Below are positions 32,901-38,409 of a stretch of DNA of 64,000 nucleotides, one piece after another; position 1 is the first letter of the stretch, and the number at the start of each line of letters is the position of its first letter. The stretch is from an uncultured bacterium. GTDB taxonomy: Bacteria > Omnitrophota > Omnitrophia > Omnitrophales > Aquincolibacteriaceae. The notes under the pieces were generated by a model. The model was given only the letters and a program-made list of their open reading frames with translations, searched no databases and was not told where the DNA came from. The position numbers and the translations under genes are program-made. Where the stretch lies: contig CAYZYT010000005.1 in the NCBI GenBank assembly GCA_964482725.1, positions 24,133 to 88,132 on the forward strand, given 5' to 3'.

Positions 32901-35114
32901 CAACGCTGGTGTTTTCATAGAAACAATCGGCCCACTAAACCCATTGGACCGATCAAGAATTTGCGCAAAATTTATAAACGACGGCTTGGTCTGGCCGGCG
33001 CGGTCAAGAAGAGCAGAGACGGACTGAGCGTTGAGATCTTTTTTTGTGATAAGTTGTTTGAGGCCATCGGTAAATACGTTGAGTTGGAATTCAAAGGTTT
33101 TCCAGAGGCGCTCGAGGGAATCTGCTTTGAACTTCTCGAGTTCTTTTCGGACAATATCGAGAATCTCATCCTTGCTGCGCTTGGGGCCCATGGCGGTTGC
33201 CGCTTCGGGCATGCTTTGGAGGACCTCATCAATGTACGGCAGGAATTTTCCGGCGTCGGTAATGCGCCCTTCCTTGGCAAGTTCACGGATCACATTGTCG
33301 CGCCAGACCTTCAAGGTCCTCACGCGATCCGGAATGGGAAGAGCCTCGACCAAGGCCTTTGCAGCATGGCGCATCAGCGCGTCAAAGTAGGTCGTCTTGA
33401 GATAGTCCTTGAACGAAACATCGCCTTTCATGACCTTGGCATAATTCTGACTTCCCGTCAGGGAGGCGATCTTGGGAGTCACGACCGCGTAAGAAACGCC
33501 TTTTTCTTTCAGAATGCGCTCAAGACCCTTGGTGTGGAACCCCCCGGCGACAACGGCGATGGTCTTTTGCTTCGCATCCTTCATCATCGCGTCGATCTTT
33601 GTCATGAACGCCTGGTCACGTTCCAGAGCCGCCTGATAAAATTCCAGCGCAGGCGCGAGGTTCTGCTTAAACGCAGGGTCCGATATCAGACCGAGGTATG
33701 CGTCCGGATCTTTTTGATATTCCGCAAGGGCCTCATGCGTCAGCTCGAGCGTGATCATTTCTTTCAGGAGGAAAAGCTTTTCGTATTGATCCGCGATTTC
33801 ACGCTGAGCCGGAGTCTTGATAAGACTAGCTTCCACTTCGGGAAGAAAACGCTGGAGCTCGTCATAAAGGCGGCTCCCTTTGATCTCGGAAAGAAGCTCC
33901 GCATGCCCGAGGAGCTTTTTGAGGGCCGGAGTCAACTTCACGTTCTTCCCATTTTCGCGTCCCACTTCGACAAGATATTGGAGCATCTGACCGGCGGTGA
34001 TCTGCCCGGTCATAAAAGCCTGATAGCGATTGTAAAAGTTCATCTCGACCTTCACGCCGAGACCCCTCAAATACTTCATCTTGAACTCATCCGCGATCTG
34101 GCGAACCAAAGGCACGAGAGCCTCCTGCTTGCCCGATTTTTCATAGCCGATCGATTCGATCAGACCGGGCAACTCCTGATAACCCGTAGCCTGGGTCGCG
34201 TCATTCTGACCTCTGTGCTTTCTTGCGAAAGCAAGATCAGAGGGAGGAATCTCGGCTTGAGATCCTTCGGCCTTTCCGGCCTCAGTCTGACGGGCAGTAA
34301 AAAGCCCCTTGAAATTCGAGAGGTAGACCAGAAGATCGAGAAGTGAGGCGCGTTCGGTAAGAAAATTCTCACGGGCTTCTTGAAATTCGTTCAGTTTCGG
34401 ATCATAGGCCTTGGCGCGATCGCTATCGAGCTTCCGCTTGAATTCATTCCATCGCTCAAGAAGCGCCGCTTTTTTCTCTTGGGCACGAAGATAAGCAAAA
34501 TAATTTCGCTCATACAAACTCCAATCCTCCATCCCTCGGAAATCGGTGGCCTCTTCTTGCAGTACCGCCGCCATCTCGGGGCCGGAGAGCTCAGCTCGGT
34601 TTTCATAGCCCGCGAGGATCTTGCGTTTCACGATGGAATCTGGAAATGTCCTGAGCAGCGTAGGCTCAAGCCGACCTTTGCCGCCCTCGAGCGCTGCAAG
34701 GCGGACACCGTAGGCTTTTCCAAGATGGCCGAGGATCTTCGAAATGTTTTCCTGGGCATCGATCACAGCATGAGCGTCTTGGATGAGCACGACGAACCGG
34801 CTTTCGCCGGTTCGAGACTGGAGACCCGAGACCGGAGACTGAAGACTCTTATTCTTGGAATTCTTTTGATTTGTTGAGTCGATAGTCTGTGGTCTGTAGT
34901 CTGTTGTCTGCGAAAGTGAAACTTTCGCTATGGTTCCCATCTCCACCGGGATCGAAAGTTTGTCAATCGACAAAACAGACGATGCAATCACATCTGCCGT
35001 GGCAGCGTTCGCAGGCGTGGTCCAGGTGACACTCGTTGCGGTGAAGACAAACGCCACAACAAGCGCCGTGAACCTCATGCCTCGACTGTGATTTTGATCA
35101 CTTCTTATACTCAT
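17925..35114 (-). CDS. giant 5729-aa secreted/membrane multidomain protein: conserved N-terminal module, at least 3 GHKL-type ATPase-like modules, internal HExxH membrane domain
   Basis: Single uninterrupted ORF in the track. Sec-type signal peptide (positive n-region, hydrophobic core, ANA-A cleavage site). Domain landmarks were located by back-translating motifs to the DNA; see the sub-features below. Confidence 0.85.
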   Translation of the reverse strand: MSIRSDQNHSRGMRFTALVVAFVFTATSVTWTTPANAATADVIASSVLSIDKLSIPVEMGTIAKVSLSQTTDYRPQTIDSTNQKNSKNKSLQSPVSGLQSRTGESRFVVLIQDAHAVIDAQENISKILGHLGKAYGVRLAALEGGKGRLEPTLLRTFPDSIVKRKILAGYENRAELSGPEMAAVLQEEATDFRGMEDWSLYERNYFAYLRAQEKKAALLERWNEFKRKLDSDRAKAYDPKLNEFQEARENFLTERASLLDLLVYLSNFKGLFTARQTEAGKAEGSQAEIPPSDLAFARKHRGQNDATQATGYQELPGLIESIGYEKSGKQEALVPLVRQIADEFKMKYLRGLGVKVEMNFYNRYQAFMTGQITAGQMLQYLVEVGRENGKNVKLTPALKKLLGHAELLSEIKGSRLYDELQRFLPEVEASLIKTPAQREIADQYEKLFLLKEMITLELTHEALAEYQKDPDAYLGLISDPAFKQNLAPALEFYQAALERDQAFMTKIDAMMKDAKQKTIAVVAGGFHTKGLERILKEKGVSYAVVTPKIASLTGSQNYAKVMKGDVSFKDYLKTTYFDALMRHAAKALVEALPIPDRVRTLKVWRDNVIRELAKEGRITDAGKFLPYIDEVLQSMPEAATAMGPKRSKDEILDIVRKELEKFKADSLERLWKTFEFQLNVFTDGLKQLITKKDLNAQSVSALLDRAGQTKPSFINFAQILDRSNGFSGPIVSMKTPALLPEPKEVVPVEVMEKPAVAVVSEERASSKAEEQAASAVEALDIKNPYGTVKGGREGNLEVVVFGLPDGTKHPFYVSKTLPKGSQGLSLVRVPESRMPDLMVYGIPTEGNLAIRGCIINSSLPRGLMRQLLDAFFALYPNANRTDPNMVIPAVIDKLVTEYGFKPPFDKDGKPMAPNAWVSKRPDSAGRRDLIFADAATMDFAVQNMLGTETASYNDFTVKDPGIVLSEVTYTPLYLKAALKRGDKIVSSAVIPEGRAETRSGIAPRSELRLVMGNDTIMKKNFEINGKINQNNGDPSRKNSYDVVLSQVPAVQGGLRVTKAGAVFDFENVVNYVTGRRNNGAQGLLVAYLDKGTEVYVHIPFAKFPGFDSTKTWPKEWMLTKKFLVEAHGKLAKDLGVQSRSEGRIISPVTSDETISHMEIVNGKVNGRSLTLDEVRHMVSRGLRHELNSRLMSLLGEVDASWWHPTSAPKQNSVTELQKLEIMRTDVVAMWNFLEAFMGDKKGPFFIAPYGGTQIIATSKMKSYEKGYEEDLSRRVPAELVQEAVGEAFDAYLLESKLSDLEIKIEKLHSAIAKGNASSTDVTWPILESAVEDLMKAVKLVCAHVATGEQISLDSTVVPREAVESALRNRDRIHPPELMQRSDVRGQGLGEAPLVRAEVRSITMPDWGQFWNWVSDRTLARSEKGRPASKEVKTRQAATDYRNDREGFNGPDMDHYVAAMTRLSEKNFTPSEKQDLLAHFGITASRAEKPEDRDKEDYDRILEALLDRGQTAADLDTILNGTYEDPRFQDKAIDGQNPNAPTQGLIEAVANSLDALGAGLGQFGKGVKQILAWLKGTGRDRVDVYTAQESGNVYKLTILQDTKGQSYIQVRKIRADMATRETGVDLKKGTLVRVTTGEKISEEAQAKLMNEIHRVFCYVPGMTIQTQYGNNKPDEVNGFKSKREIVPAGPSGYSREAARGKDVLIRSNGHSISVLDNGEGMNGRNIAFMFVPRQSQKSSKTVPIKLVGDEKRPRGEISFLRNGRAVATVRVPEDLEPTATADTGVMIELSTSVPIPDSWDKPRLPTNLQGKSKFKSAIEYLISSITDPKHPLTPEEKIRYVNTIIVGLEALVQGNPGYATTVNDLRLYAKNAMSALREELISKGYVFLPHDRAFAKVQVPRDKEGRERPVLYLDPALFDWGGVVSLQQIGGEPLPSRVVLDGKKVRLSFGGKALVIVPFTDESLKAIRDYRMTRKAILAAEDLPFFETEEMIALPDVPATRRLLELALMSWRAPEEEYEFTSLLEAVNILTSKQVVTDYEITKPKPHLEIQHVSQKEQLEPMAVAEQQLLDSVQAAKFLVTMPSDFSKPAAPVSQAPAKKSEGVPVQAGATQAQPSAMGVIPQDALQEFISLSSGNAPLELMDLSTGKRMPFSTLGLNKFSTPVSSSMRITGSRFLRKDKVNGKEFHAMTFQADVFGRYFVKVFALTREGDQIKAETVLEDFEGDVEFSPDNRFISNKVKGAGKAGDIYKVFDSRTGKTVWESGDPVTFRFLKSRLNRYVVAVPQTGWKNKVGAAITNIETQENETQENETRLELWRDEGEGVEIREIGNVIHLKPRNPKWYNRLIPSKARRGVLIMPDNSEIHDVPLVEENLPTSLIAAKDANGKVISVFYRGDREESYRRVGPEEAQRDIRGGRMTVLNMAAGKGRAFHKVLVSKNLSQEHHLVGGTFESHAGAFAHYEGDVDWNFETQRIQLSKNLADQLGVSPDTELPAKYIAESDYFLVHVPNAENKFDQVVLDPQTNSIFRYNMHHTSMLFLDRAAKKLHIDADGSFASVDAIKIKGEDSVETRSGYFKEFSSAGGKVYVVPDMGKAYLLTGQEVREIDIRVPEGMRLIDFDGRYLIFADTDFQATRYVPLDFSQGKPVEAKKEAAVEENLAPAVSSVPALPEEEVVPSREAKLAARREREARLAAALLKESEKFKSVVQGDTEWKAVSETGLKSQISKDGSVLVKWKGAVFCISENAGEFTLTRFKEDQLSQGMPVAAGGMHKIATDGKYFTVLYLQGFQYESSPEVLPAWGVSIKITPKSDQTWDFEAHGGEVAVKEAAAAAAQPALRELSEKDRILKEENRRPQFRATAPSEIPGGFVWGREWSEALMTPELMGRLEALPQGVFEYSSGVRGYYDGHSFFIISRKRGGGDSYAVHQTLMDKQTDIYGAFVGFSDNGLQLLFKFPKGSESQVPLGAPLSYADLQKLIAEAGPATPEAKPARDERDQVWAGTFIKGRESAPALRDRLSGDFRKAWTQGYWDTVPQRYRADVAAVLQPLITGIYEAEENAVRQKFLVTRAGESADYESEEMPFVRFAARLELLKNGLAQFLASDEAQIAMQKYETGRSYLANLFRGLFELASDSRDISLPEVTPDLFNGLGMGWSVKEEWQRDQNNFSKLQALIRSGGEQGERLAPDQAMRIVTYLSRLSARSREANTILMEQLARLESHPQYKTRMLSSLADLSEEQFQAYWDNPHDPKFALGDAVSYLEFLSARLDPVRVAERFVPAGEDFIPEGQKIGISQITQADAVREQKGRKVITPEETRDVIASGKLPKRDEKLETSNRLAVDRHESGAAVREIAQNSKDAMKTMGLSRGELEVDFYIQKGEDGESEFVEQTLDDSGGAEDPLALVIEKSTKADDLLRALTGMYGSGGKGPLYQDADRVEILTRRGGKAYYFEIKIERSDSGEVTDISLVKFRKITDLRPVNEVMKKDGVMTRRIKNVRNTIPELAQRISRRNWLIFTGLAVDEQFQIYFRNGEAARTPLALASETLSETEWRDPYATEPSDRVQGKFGILSVPATVRQVVDNAGLRVASLDESSRYVALIPPSLRYLIKQLNLVIRIPLPQVEGRGAFKREDIYLPWIQRYVAIEFYKALARKTLLIPASKDEPQFVFHGFPHDWLTDNRNGQIMRNLMFQYRVAALLRFLGILVFQKAYTIVHAANQINRGRYGRVSVNDLELFSGDAGTSDLDSVKRTEDMVKFVSLLRVPSPNEPNTQESLAGQMRAVSRAALLGSSVYTFLERIKSRLTGKSVSEVSNLPHIQEILSSNRSVTWAGLAVSILLGVLVIILWNVSGSAIGVAVGAAQSVLQGEFQREFWIGLTKLGVWALPLIFVFKRVLQTKPKTDDEKRLVDEVLQFAKPFGIKRVVFWPGWMGAAGLLIGNVFILNKDVVQELRHSGIDEKGYINKRSNLLAHETAHLLETVSAIQKGRLGRLLGKIAPWIFFAMVHDTGGFSHEPVGEFADAIKTAAAVPLLQFKGDVSAVQPEVLRSEIRKVSLKGVMLGVLAAVTLALGVGGTAAYVSAKMWRSVLYKVTQIIEVSQTYIGYVLHDSEKNALAPLKDIDQAYRRYARGKASLPEFIYIQEFVLSPDGLLDYVNAHEITAGESKVPTVEALLQRSDLKKLYEAYQNYHETPEAFEEMRQNPMTTPLILKVIDTMRARYPVFSFRFERVPFEVWKDRQSLGDIPWRGNPGYVLQGVQESGAGLRTEWYDQLTSWLRVRGANMWERELPFADLLAQIRAQAPDAFIAHLRGASHAIYDSLLANASKAYQSSELQIPMIQDEVARDIQDGKTVSQSKMAAFVLELQLDYVLAPLLNDLKENYSVFVNEIGPKLRSMILEEERSGLKDKNQRSLERIMIEGFRGEQAKSEELEAKKSVLVLQAEEVIAQSLSGAKLPAESVAAYNTAEKAYWKAYGDLQDCWINLAKSEGLISKGSAKKFIKRNRAIWDSPESKAGQLDSGVDAKVRNARMMLRSENRMNVTVSRGRADLTAAIRERTGSKAFQEFDLANPALIPAGAFADAVRAGSVLRLKTQGLSGKNKRFKELLPVLIRIGQEFDDAGLTLNGDGRYVVQELLKNALEHGNQLNLDMPVFLYVKLDGSKSKAIEFRTYDLAVKDQASSLDLGYAHDSWGKQGIGIDRIKARGWAYDRQPVPGGAEARVARSEGRSIAARYGQIRNSKKQTFDEIMISLHNQQKDSTVPQDLWAVDPRTGAESKRIIGQDPDYAKKLESMNLLQLDEELKLYTTGKGPRLESVSGFVIPASIKDPIERLKFFVDHLSEDGELPGVRGQRLQHYLDLGKAVKGILGMSIKIQDKKQIEKFEIFLREICIRWSEPLARSAARLETQRATRAELRAEPKISYALSAPDKQAIDKLFMDDEIQRMLRALPPQTTVYFVRDGNQTQMLRVKEDNWMVNLTLERFLAGKNRPEEVATGVDAWTPGVTLDPEGFIIVLRDDWRKESDAVNLWRLQHEISHILRVELVKQSDVPDEGVVKRMKEFMAIERLVRALQDHEVVSFQLGQPQPLIRSAEAYLKNSQDLADPGTSAPSTLIRAASYAMRYFFAQHAFEKAFPEREKTLRSELGKKYNLSDSEVAKTHAILDKTLIPLLENGDWIQEAPLMSAYRQFVDQMKQSFPEQQAPPAAEKRQENRRLSAETVRTKPSLGQGADSEVYQVEDAAYKIYRDISLKLLEFYQAVTSAVKTKLDQKEIGSVQIGGVDHKVVIEVNPILDVYEMEGKRLSRSPLIDGIWLRDLVAGNLDKVPQAGDLRLVCNAIAAPDRKVLGSIKTMLAGQSNEIMTSPIKINAEEYAVTGITLESSENVMLKLDPDGTIRLIVTDIASAIKYVGDSRPVEPASAKVRAELRVKLGGLLEVNPGNVAHGIQSAGSVEKYRAELRVRAVTQQAKMEKLIETRIVQFGKELDQYTTLQKVVSYIRSPALDQRLQELLGEFGDTTEFASRIRSRAVFNEESLSFDRLADNASQLNNAKIARDQAMLDVVAAGLVMNGKEPSFVLLMDRPGDGIAEEVLEMIKMLKPSRLMVYSGPGEKPFGRAWDKVASVMSLRNKNAVSRAVRSSSDLVVSFWTQDRGMDNLGIYSILAEVGRIADPRLRELALTAVRIAILRFATLEKETQNKILAKPALIRGYLEQFGIPAFIGFSSKGLVFNLERLVEEYTARQSVDQAA
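20900..21270 (-). other. giant protein 1: GHKL (histidine-kinase/anti-sigma-type) ATPase module 3
   Basis: N-box VVQELLKNALEHGN (21209..21270) and downstream G2-like GKQGIGIDRIKARG. Confidence 0.5.
22890..23690 (-). other. giant protein 1: multi-pass membrane segment carrying HExxH (LLAHETAHLLE)
   Basis: Hydrophobic helices run from VTWAGLAVSILLGVLVIILW (23641..23685) to MLGVLAAVTLALGVGGTAAYV (22895..22985). The HETAH motif is at about 23183..23240. Confidence 0.5.
24700..25110 (-). other. giant protein 1: GHKL-like ATPase module 2
   Basis: AVREIAQNSKDAMKTMG (around 25060..25110), with downstream DDSGGA and GSGGKG glycine-rich boxes. Confidence 0.4.
29850..30500 (-). other. giant protein 1: GHKL/Hsp90-like ATPase module 1
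   Basis: N-box LIEAVANSLDALGAG (30421..30500) and G1-box ISVLDNGEGMNGRNI (29913..29980). Confidence 0.55.
33400..35114 (-). other. giant protein 1: N-terminal module shared with giant protein 2 (VVLIQDAH ... VVAGGFHTKG ... GVSYAVVTPKI); tentatively TraB/GumN/TIKI-like
   Basis: Motifs map to 34765..34800 (LIQDAH) and 33510..33560 (AGGFH). Giant protein 2 has IVLIQDAH / LVYGGFHANS / GISYVVISPRI at equivalent positions. Confidence 0.5.
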
Positions 35115-35292
35115 ATTTTATGTGCCTTCTTTCATTCAAAAAGTTGCCACCTAGTTCTATCCTAAACACGACCTAACTCATTCAACCGTCCAATATTCCA
35201 TTCAATTTACTCCAGGTTCTTTCTCTACTAAAAATATGCCATCCATTCATAGTTATTACAAGGATTTAAGAGCATTTATTTGATACATTTTG

Positions 35293-35337
35293 GCTATATT
35301 TTGCTATAGGAAGCTATAATTGCTATACATTGCTATG
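35293..35337. promoter_or_regulatory. helically phased GCTAT(A/G) array in the AT-rich region upstream of giant gene 1
   Basis: GCTATA at 35293, 35303, 35313 and 35322, and GCTATG at 35332 (spacing 10, 10, 9, 10 bp). The array lies 180-225 bp upstream of the ATG at 35114. Confidence 0.3.
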
Positions 35338-35561
35338 CAGCAAAAGTGAAAGTCGTGGCCTTACAGAAAACGAGGGCGCTACTGAATTTGGGGCAGGTAT
35401 TTTAAAAGGAGCTCAAACTGACTTATTTTTTTCGCAAGACGCGGACAAAAGTAACGACCACCATAATGAGGATCACAGACCAGCTCAACGACATAAAGAT
35501 CCATCCAGAAAGTTTCACGGGGCTTTACCCTCTCTACAAACAGGCGGCATTTGCGGGGTCA

Positions 35562-37133
35562 TTAGGGCACCCGATGCTGAATGACGTGCTTCCTCTGCCA
35601 GGCAATGCGCACCAGCAGTATCATAAGGGCACCCGCGCCCACCAGCAGGAACCGGGCAAACCAAATGTAGGGATAGTTCTCTTTCAAAACGCCCTTCATC
35701 ATCAGAACATTCCAGCCGTCCTGATACATCCAGAATCCAAGTAAAACGACAAGGTAAGTCAGGGTCACATATTTCATGATCGGCAGTATCCATTTCGGAA
35801 GCTTGATATCCGAGCCGGACATGATCTCCTTCCAAGCATTCTCGGCCCCAAAAACCCATATAAAGAGGATGAGCTCAATGATCGCGAAAACGACAAGCCC
35901 GACCGTGCCGATCCAAAAATCAATCTCGTTCAGAAAACCGTACTTCAGAAAAAAGATCACGGGGAGCGTAAAAAAGAATGTCATCCCCCCGACGATCAGC
36001 GCCGTGGCCTTGCGCGACAGCTTGAACTCCTCCTGAAAAAACGCCATGAGAGGCTGAGCCAGCGCGACCGAGGAAGTGATCCCGGCCAGAAAAAGCAGAA
36101 AGAACCAGATCGTTCCGAATAAAGGGCCGAACGCCATTTTCTGGAAGATAAGCGGCAAGGCAAAAAACCCGAGGTCAAAGGCTCCTCCAGCGGCGATCTG
36201 CTGGGTTTGAGCCAAACCGAAGAACGCGACGACCACAGGGATCGCGATCGACCCTCCCAGGATCACCTCGCAAAACTCGTTGGTCGAACACGTTGCCAAA
36301 CCCGAAAGAACAACGTCGTCTTTTTCTTTCAAATAGCTCGCATAGGTTTGGATCGCCCCCACGCCGATACTCAAGGTAAAAAAGACCTGCCCTGTCGCGG
36401 CAAGCCAGACCTTGCTTTGCTTGAGGATACTAAAATCCGGATTCCAGATGAAACCAAAACCGTTCAAGATGTTGCGCTCCGGAAAATTCGGGTCGGGCGT
36501 TCCGATGCACAGGACCTTAATGACAAGGATGATCCCACAAAGGCAGATCAGCGGCATGGCGACCTTGGCCAGCAACTCGATCCCTTTGGTGACCCCTCGG
36601 GAGATGATCCCCATCACGCAAAAATGCGTGATGCAGAAAAAAAGAAAAGCCGTCCAGATATTTGCAAAATAGAAATTAGAGGTCTTCCCCTGATAGGCGC
36701 CTAAAAAATCGACCATCCCCCGATAATCGGGCACCGCAAGATATTTCCCCGTGAACGAGAAGACGCTGTAGGCAAGCGTCCAAGAGACAATATAGTTGTA
36801 ATAGACCACGAGAATGAACGGCAACGCGAGCCCGAGCGCGCCAACATACTTCGCCAGCGGATGCTTCCAGAGATAATGAAACATCCCGGGGGTCGTCCCA
36901 TGCCCATATTTACCCCCGAAGCGGCCGATCCCCCATTCGATCCATACCAGCGGAATACCCAGCACGATCAGTGCGACGAAATAAGGGATCATGAACGCAC
37001 CGCCCCCGTTGCTAGCACACTGAACGGGAAAGCGGAGAAAATTACCAAGGCCCACGGCATTCGCGGCCATGGCGAGGATGAGACCCATCCGGGTCCCCCA
37101 TCGTTCCCGAGGTTTGGGGAGATGTTGGTTCAT
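35562..37133 (-). CDS. sodium-dependent transporter, neurotransmitter:sodium symporter (NSS/SNF) family
   Basis: MGLILAMAANAVGLGNFLRFP N-terminal NSS signature and a 12-TM layout. Confidence 0.85.
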   Translation of the reverse strand: MNQHLPKPRERWGTRMGLILAMAANAVGLGNFLRFPVQCASNGGGAFMIPYFVALIVLGIPLVWIEWGIGRFGGKYGHGTTPGMFHYLWKHPLAKYVGALGLALPFILVVYYNYIVSWTLAYSVFSFTGKYLAVPDYRGMVDFLGAYQGKTSNFYFANIWTAFLFFCITHFCVMGIISRGVTKGIELLAKVAMPLICLCGIILVIKVLCIGTPDPNFPERNILNGFGFIWNPDFSILKQSKVWLAATGQVFFTLSIGVGAIQTYASYLKEKDDVVLSGLATCSTNEFCEVILGGSIAIPVVVAFFGLAQTQQIAAGGAFDLGFFALPLIFQKMAFGPLFGTIWFFLLFLAGITSSVALAQPLMAFFQEEFKLSRKATALIVGGMTFFFTLPVIFFLKYGFLNEIDFWIGTVGLVVFAIIELILFIWVFGAENAWKEIMSGSDIKLPKWILPIMKYVTLTYLVVLLGFWMYQDGWNVLMMKGVLKENYPYIWFARFLLVGAGALMILLVRIAWQRKHVIQHRVP

Positions 37134-37207
37134 ATCGAGAGTCTGAGGGAGTGAAGAAATTCAAACACAACGAAAGCTCTAAAAAACATCTTGAGAACTA
37201 CCCGCGC

Positions 37208-37420
37208 CTACCGAACCTTCCGCACATGATATTTATTTTTGATGTTCGACTCAAAAAACCGGCCGTGGGAGGGGGCCGTCAGAAATTCCTGATAGACGGT
37301 CTCGGGGACATTCTCATACTGGTAGATCGAACCGACAATAAACTCCACCTGAAGCATATTACGTTTATGCTCATACCCAATCCATTCAATCTCCCGCGAT
37401 AAGACCATGTTATTAATCAT
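37208..37420 (-). CDS. KTSC-domain protein (start trimmed to MINNMV...)
   Basis: The 70-aa core (IEWIGYEHKRNMLQVEFIVGSIYQYENVPETVYQEFLTAPSHGRFFESNIKNKY) matches the KTSC-domain pattern. AAGGGGGA lies upstream of the ATG at 37420. Confidence 0.5.
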   Translation of the reverse strand: MINNMVLSREIEWIGYEHKRNMLQVEFIVGSIYQYENVPETVYQEFLTAPSHGRFFESNIKNKYHVRKVR

Positions 37421-37692
37421 TGTGTCCCCCTTTGTTGCTAGTATTAACGGACAAAATGAAAAGAATCTTGAATTTTTTCCGCATTTTTTCATAAAATTTT
37501 TCAAGATACACCCCTCCCCTTGCATAAAAATCTGAAACATTGCCAAAATTCAAATTCTGTAAACTCAAAACCGGGCTTAGACCCTTGGGATGTCGGGTTT
37601 GAGATGGGTTTCGAACTTCGAGTTTCGACATTCGCATTTTAAAAGTCCGCACACCCCTCGCCTTGAAATAAAGACGACCGACATACCGGCCT

Positions 37693-37908
37693 TCAGGAAT
37701 TCGGGTGTCTTCGAGGATTTTCAAGCAAAACGCGTATCTCTGCATCAAGCGCTCCGAATTCTTTGGCGATCGAAATGAAATCGGCGCAGTCTTCGTACCG
37801 CTCCGAGATCAATGCCTCTCTGAGATAGATCAGCGCGGTCAGCTTCACAGGATCCCGAGCTCTCAGCCTGTACCTCACTATGCCGATCGTGCTTATTGTC
37901 GGGTTCAT
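37693..37908 (-). CDS. hypothetical 71-aa protein
   Basis: GGAGGAG-N5-ATG at 37908. No family recognised. Confidence 0.3.
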   Translation of the reverse strand: MNPTISTIGIVRYRLRARDPVKLTALIYLREALISERYEDCADFISIAKEFGALDAEIRVLLENPRRHPNS

Positions 37909-38035
37909 GTTCACTCCTCCTCTTGTTTTTTGGTTTTTGTTCACTGCTCTTGCTTCTATATGATGCCGGGGACATCCATCCGCCACACAATGCGGCGGAT
38001 TCGTCCTGCTCTTCCTTGAGTACGGGCTGCGCAGG

Positions 38036-38079
38036 CGAAAAAAAAAGCCCATGACCGCTATTGCGATCATGGGCTTTTG
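38036..38079. terminator. bidirectional intrinsic terminator-like hairpin
   Basis: AAAAAAAA-GCCCATGA-ccgctattgcg-ATCATGGGC-TTTTG: a perfect 8-9 bp GC-containing stem flanked by an A-run and a T-run. Confidence 0.5.
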
Positions 38080-38409
38080 AATGATTCCGTTTTATTCTAC
38101 TACCGACCTACGCTAGATCCTCCCGAGCGTCCCTCAAAAGCCCACGGCCACAAACCGCATGGCGACCCTTCGTGGACAGAAACCACGCCTGCGCCATGAC
38201 GATTGTCATGGGATATTTCGCTAAGCTATGGATCTGATTGAGGTTCCGCTTTTTCATAATTTTCCTTTGTTTGAATCTACAAAGCGAATGTAACAGATTT
38301 CAGGGATTTGTCAATCCTTCGACGCCTCCGCCAGGGAGACGGAGATTGCTCAGACTTGACCCTGAGCGTTTTTTGTCGAAGGGGTCAATCGCTCCCAATG
38401 TGAGCTCCT

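Noticed and set aside
24444-34346. Long plus-strand ORFs inside giant gene 1 (for example 24444..25535, 29910..31481, 32802..34346)
   Set aside because: They are antisense to an uninterrupted 17-kb minus-strand frame with coherent domain content. Their translations are R/S/L-rich with no motifs, as expected for shadow frames of GC-rich coding DNA.
37600-37660. GGGTTTCGAAC / TTCGAGTTTCGACATTCG resembling a tRNA T-arm
   Set aside because: No acceptor stem, anticodon arm or D-arm could be built around it, and there is no GTTCGAATC core, so it is not a tRNA.
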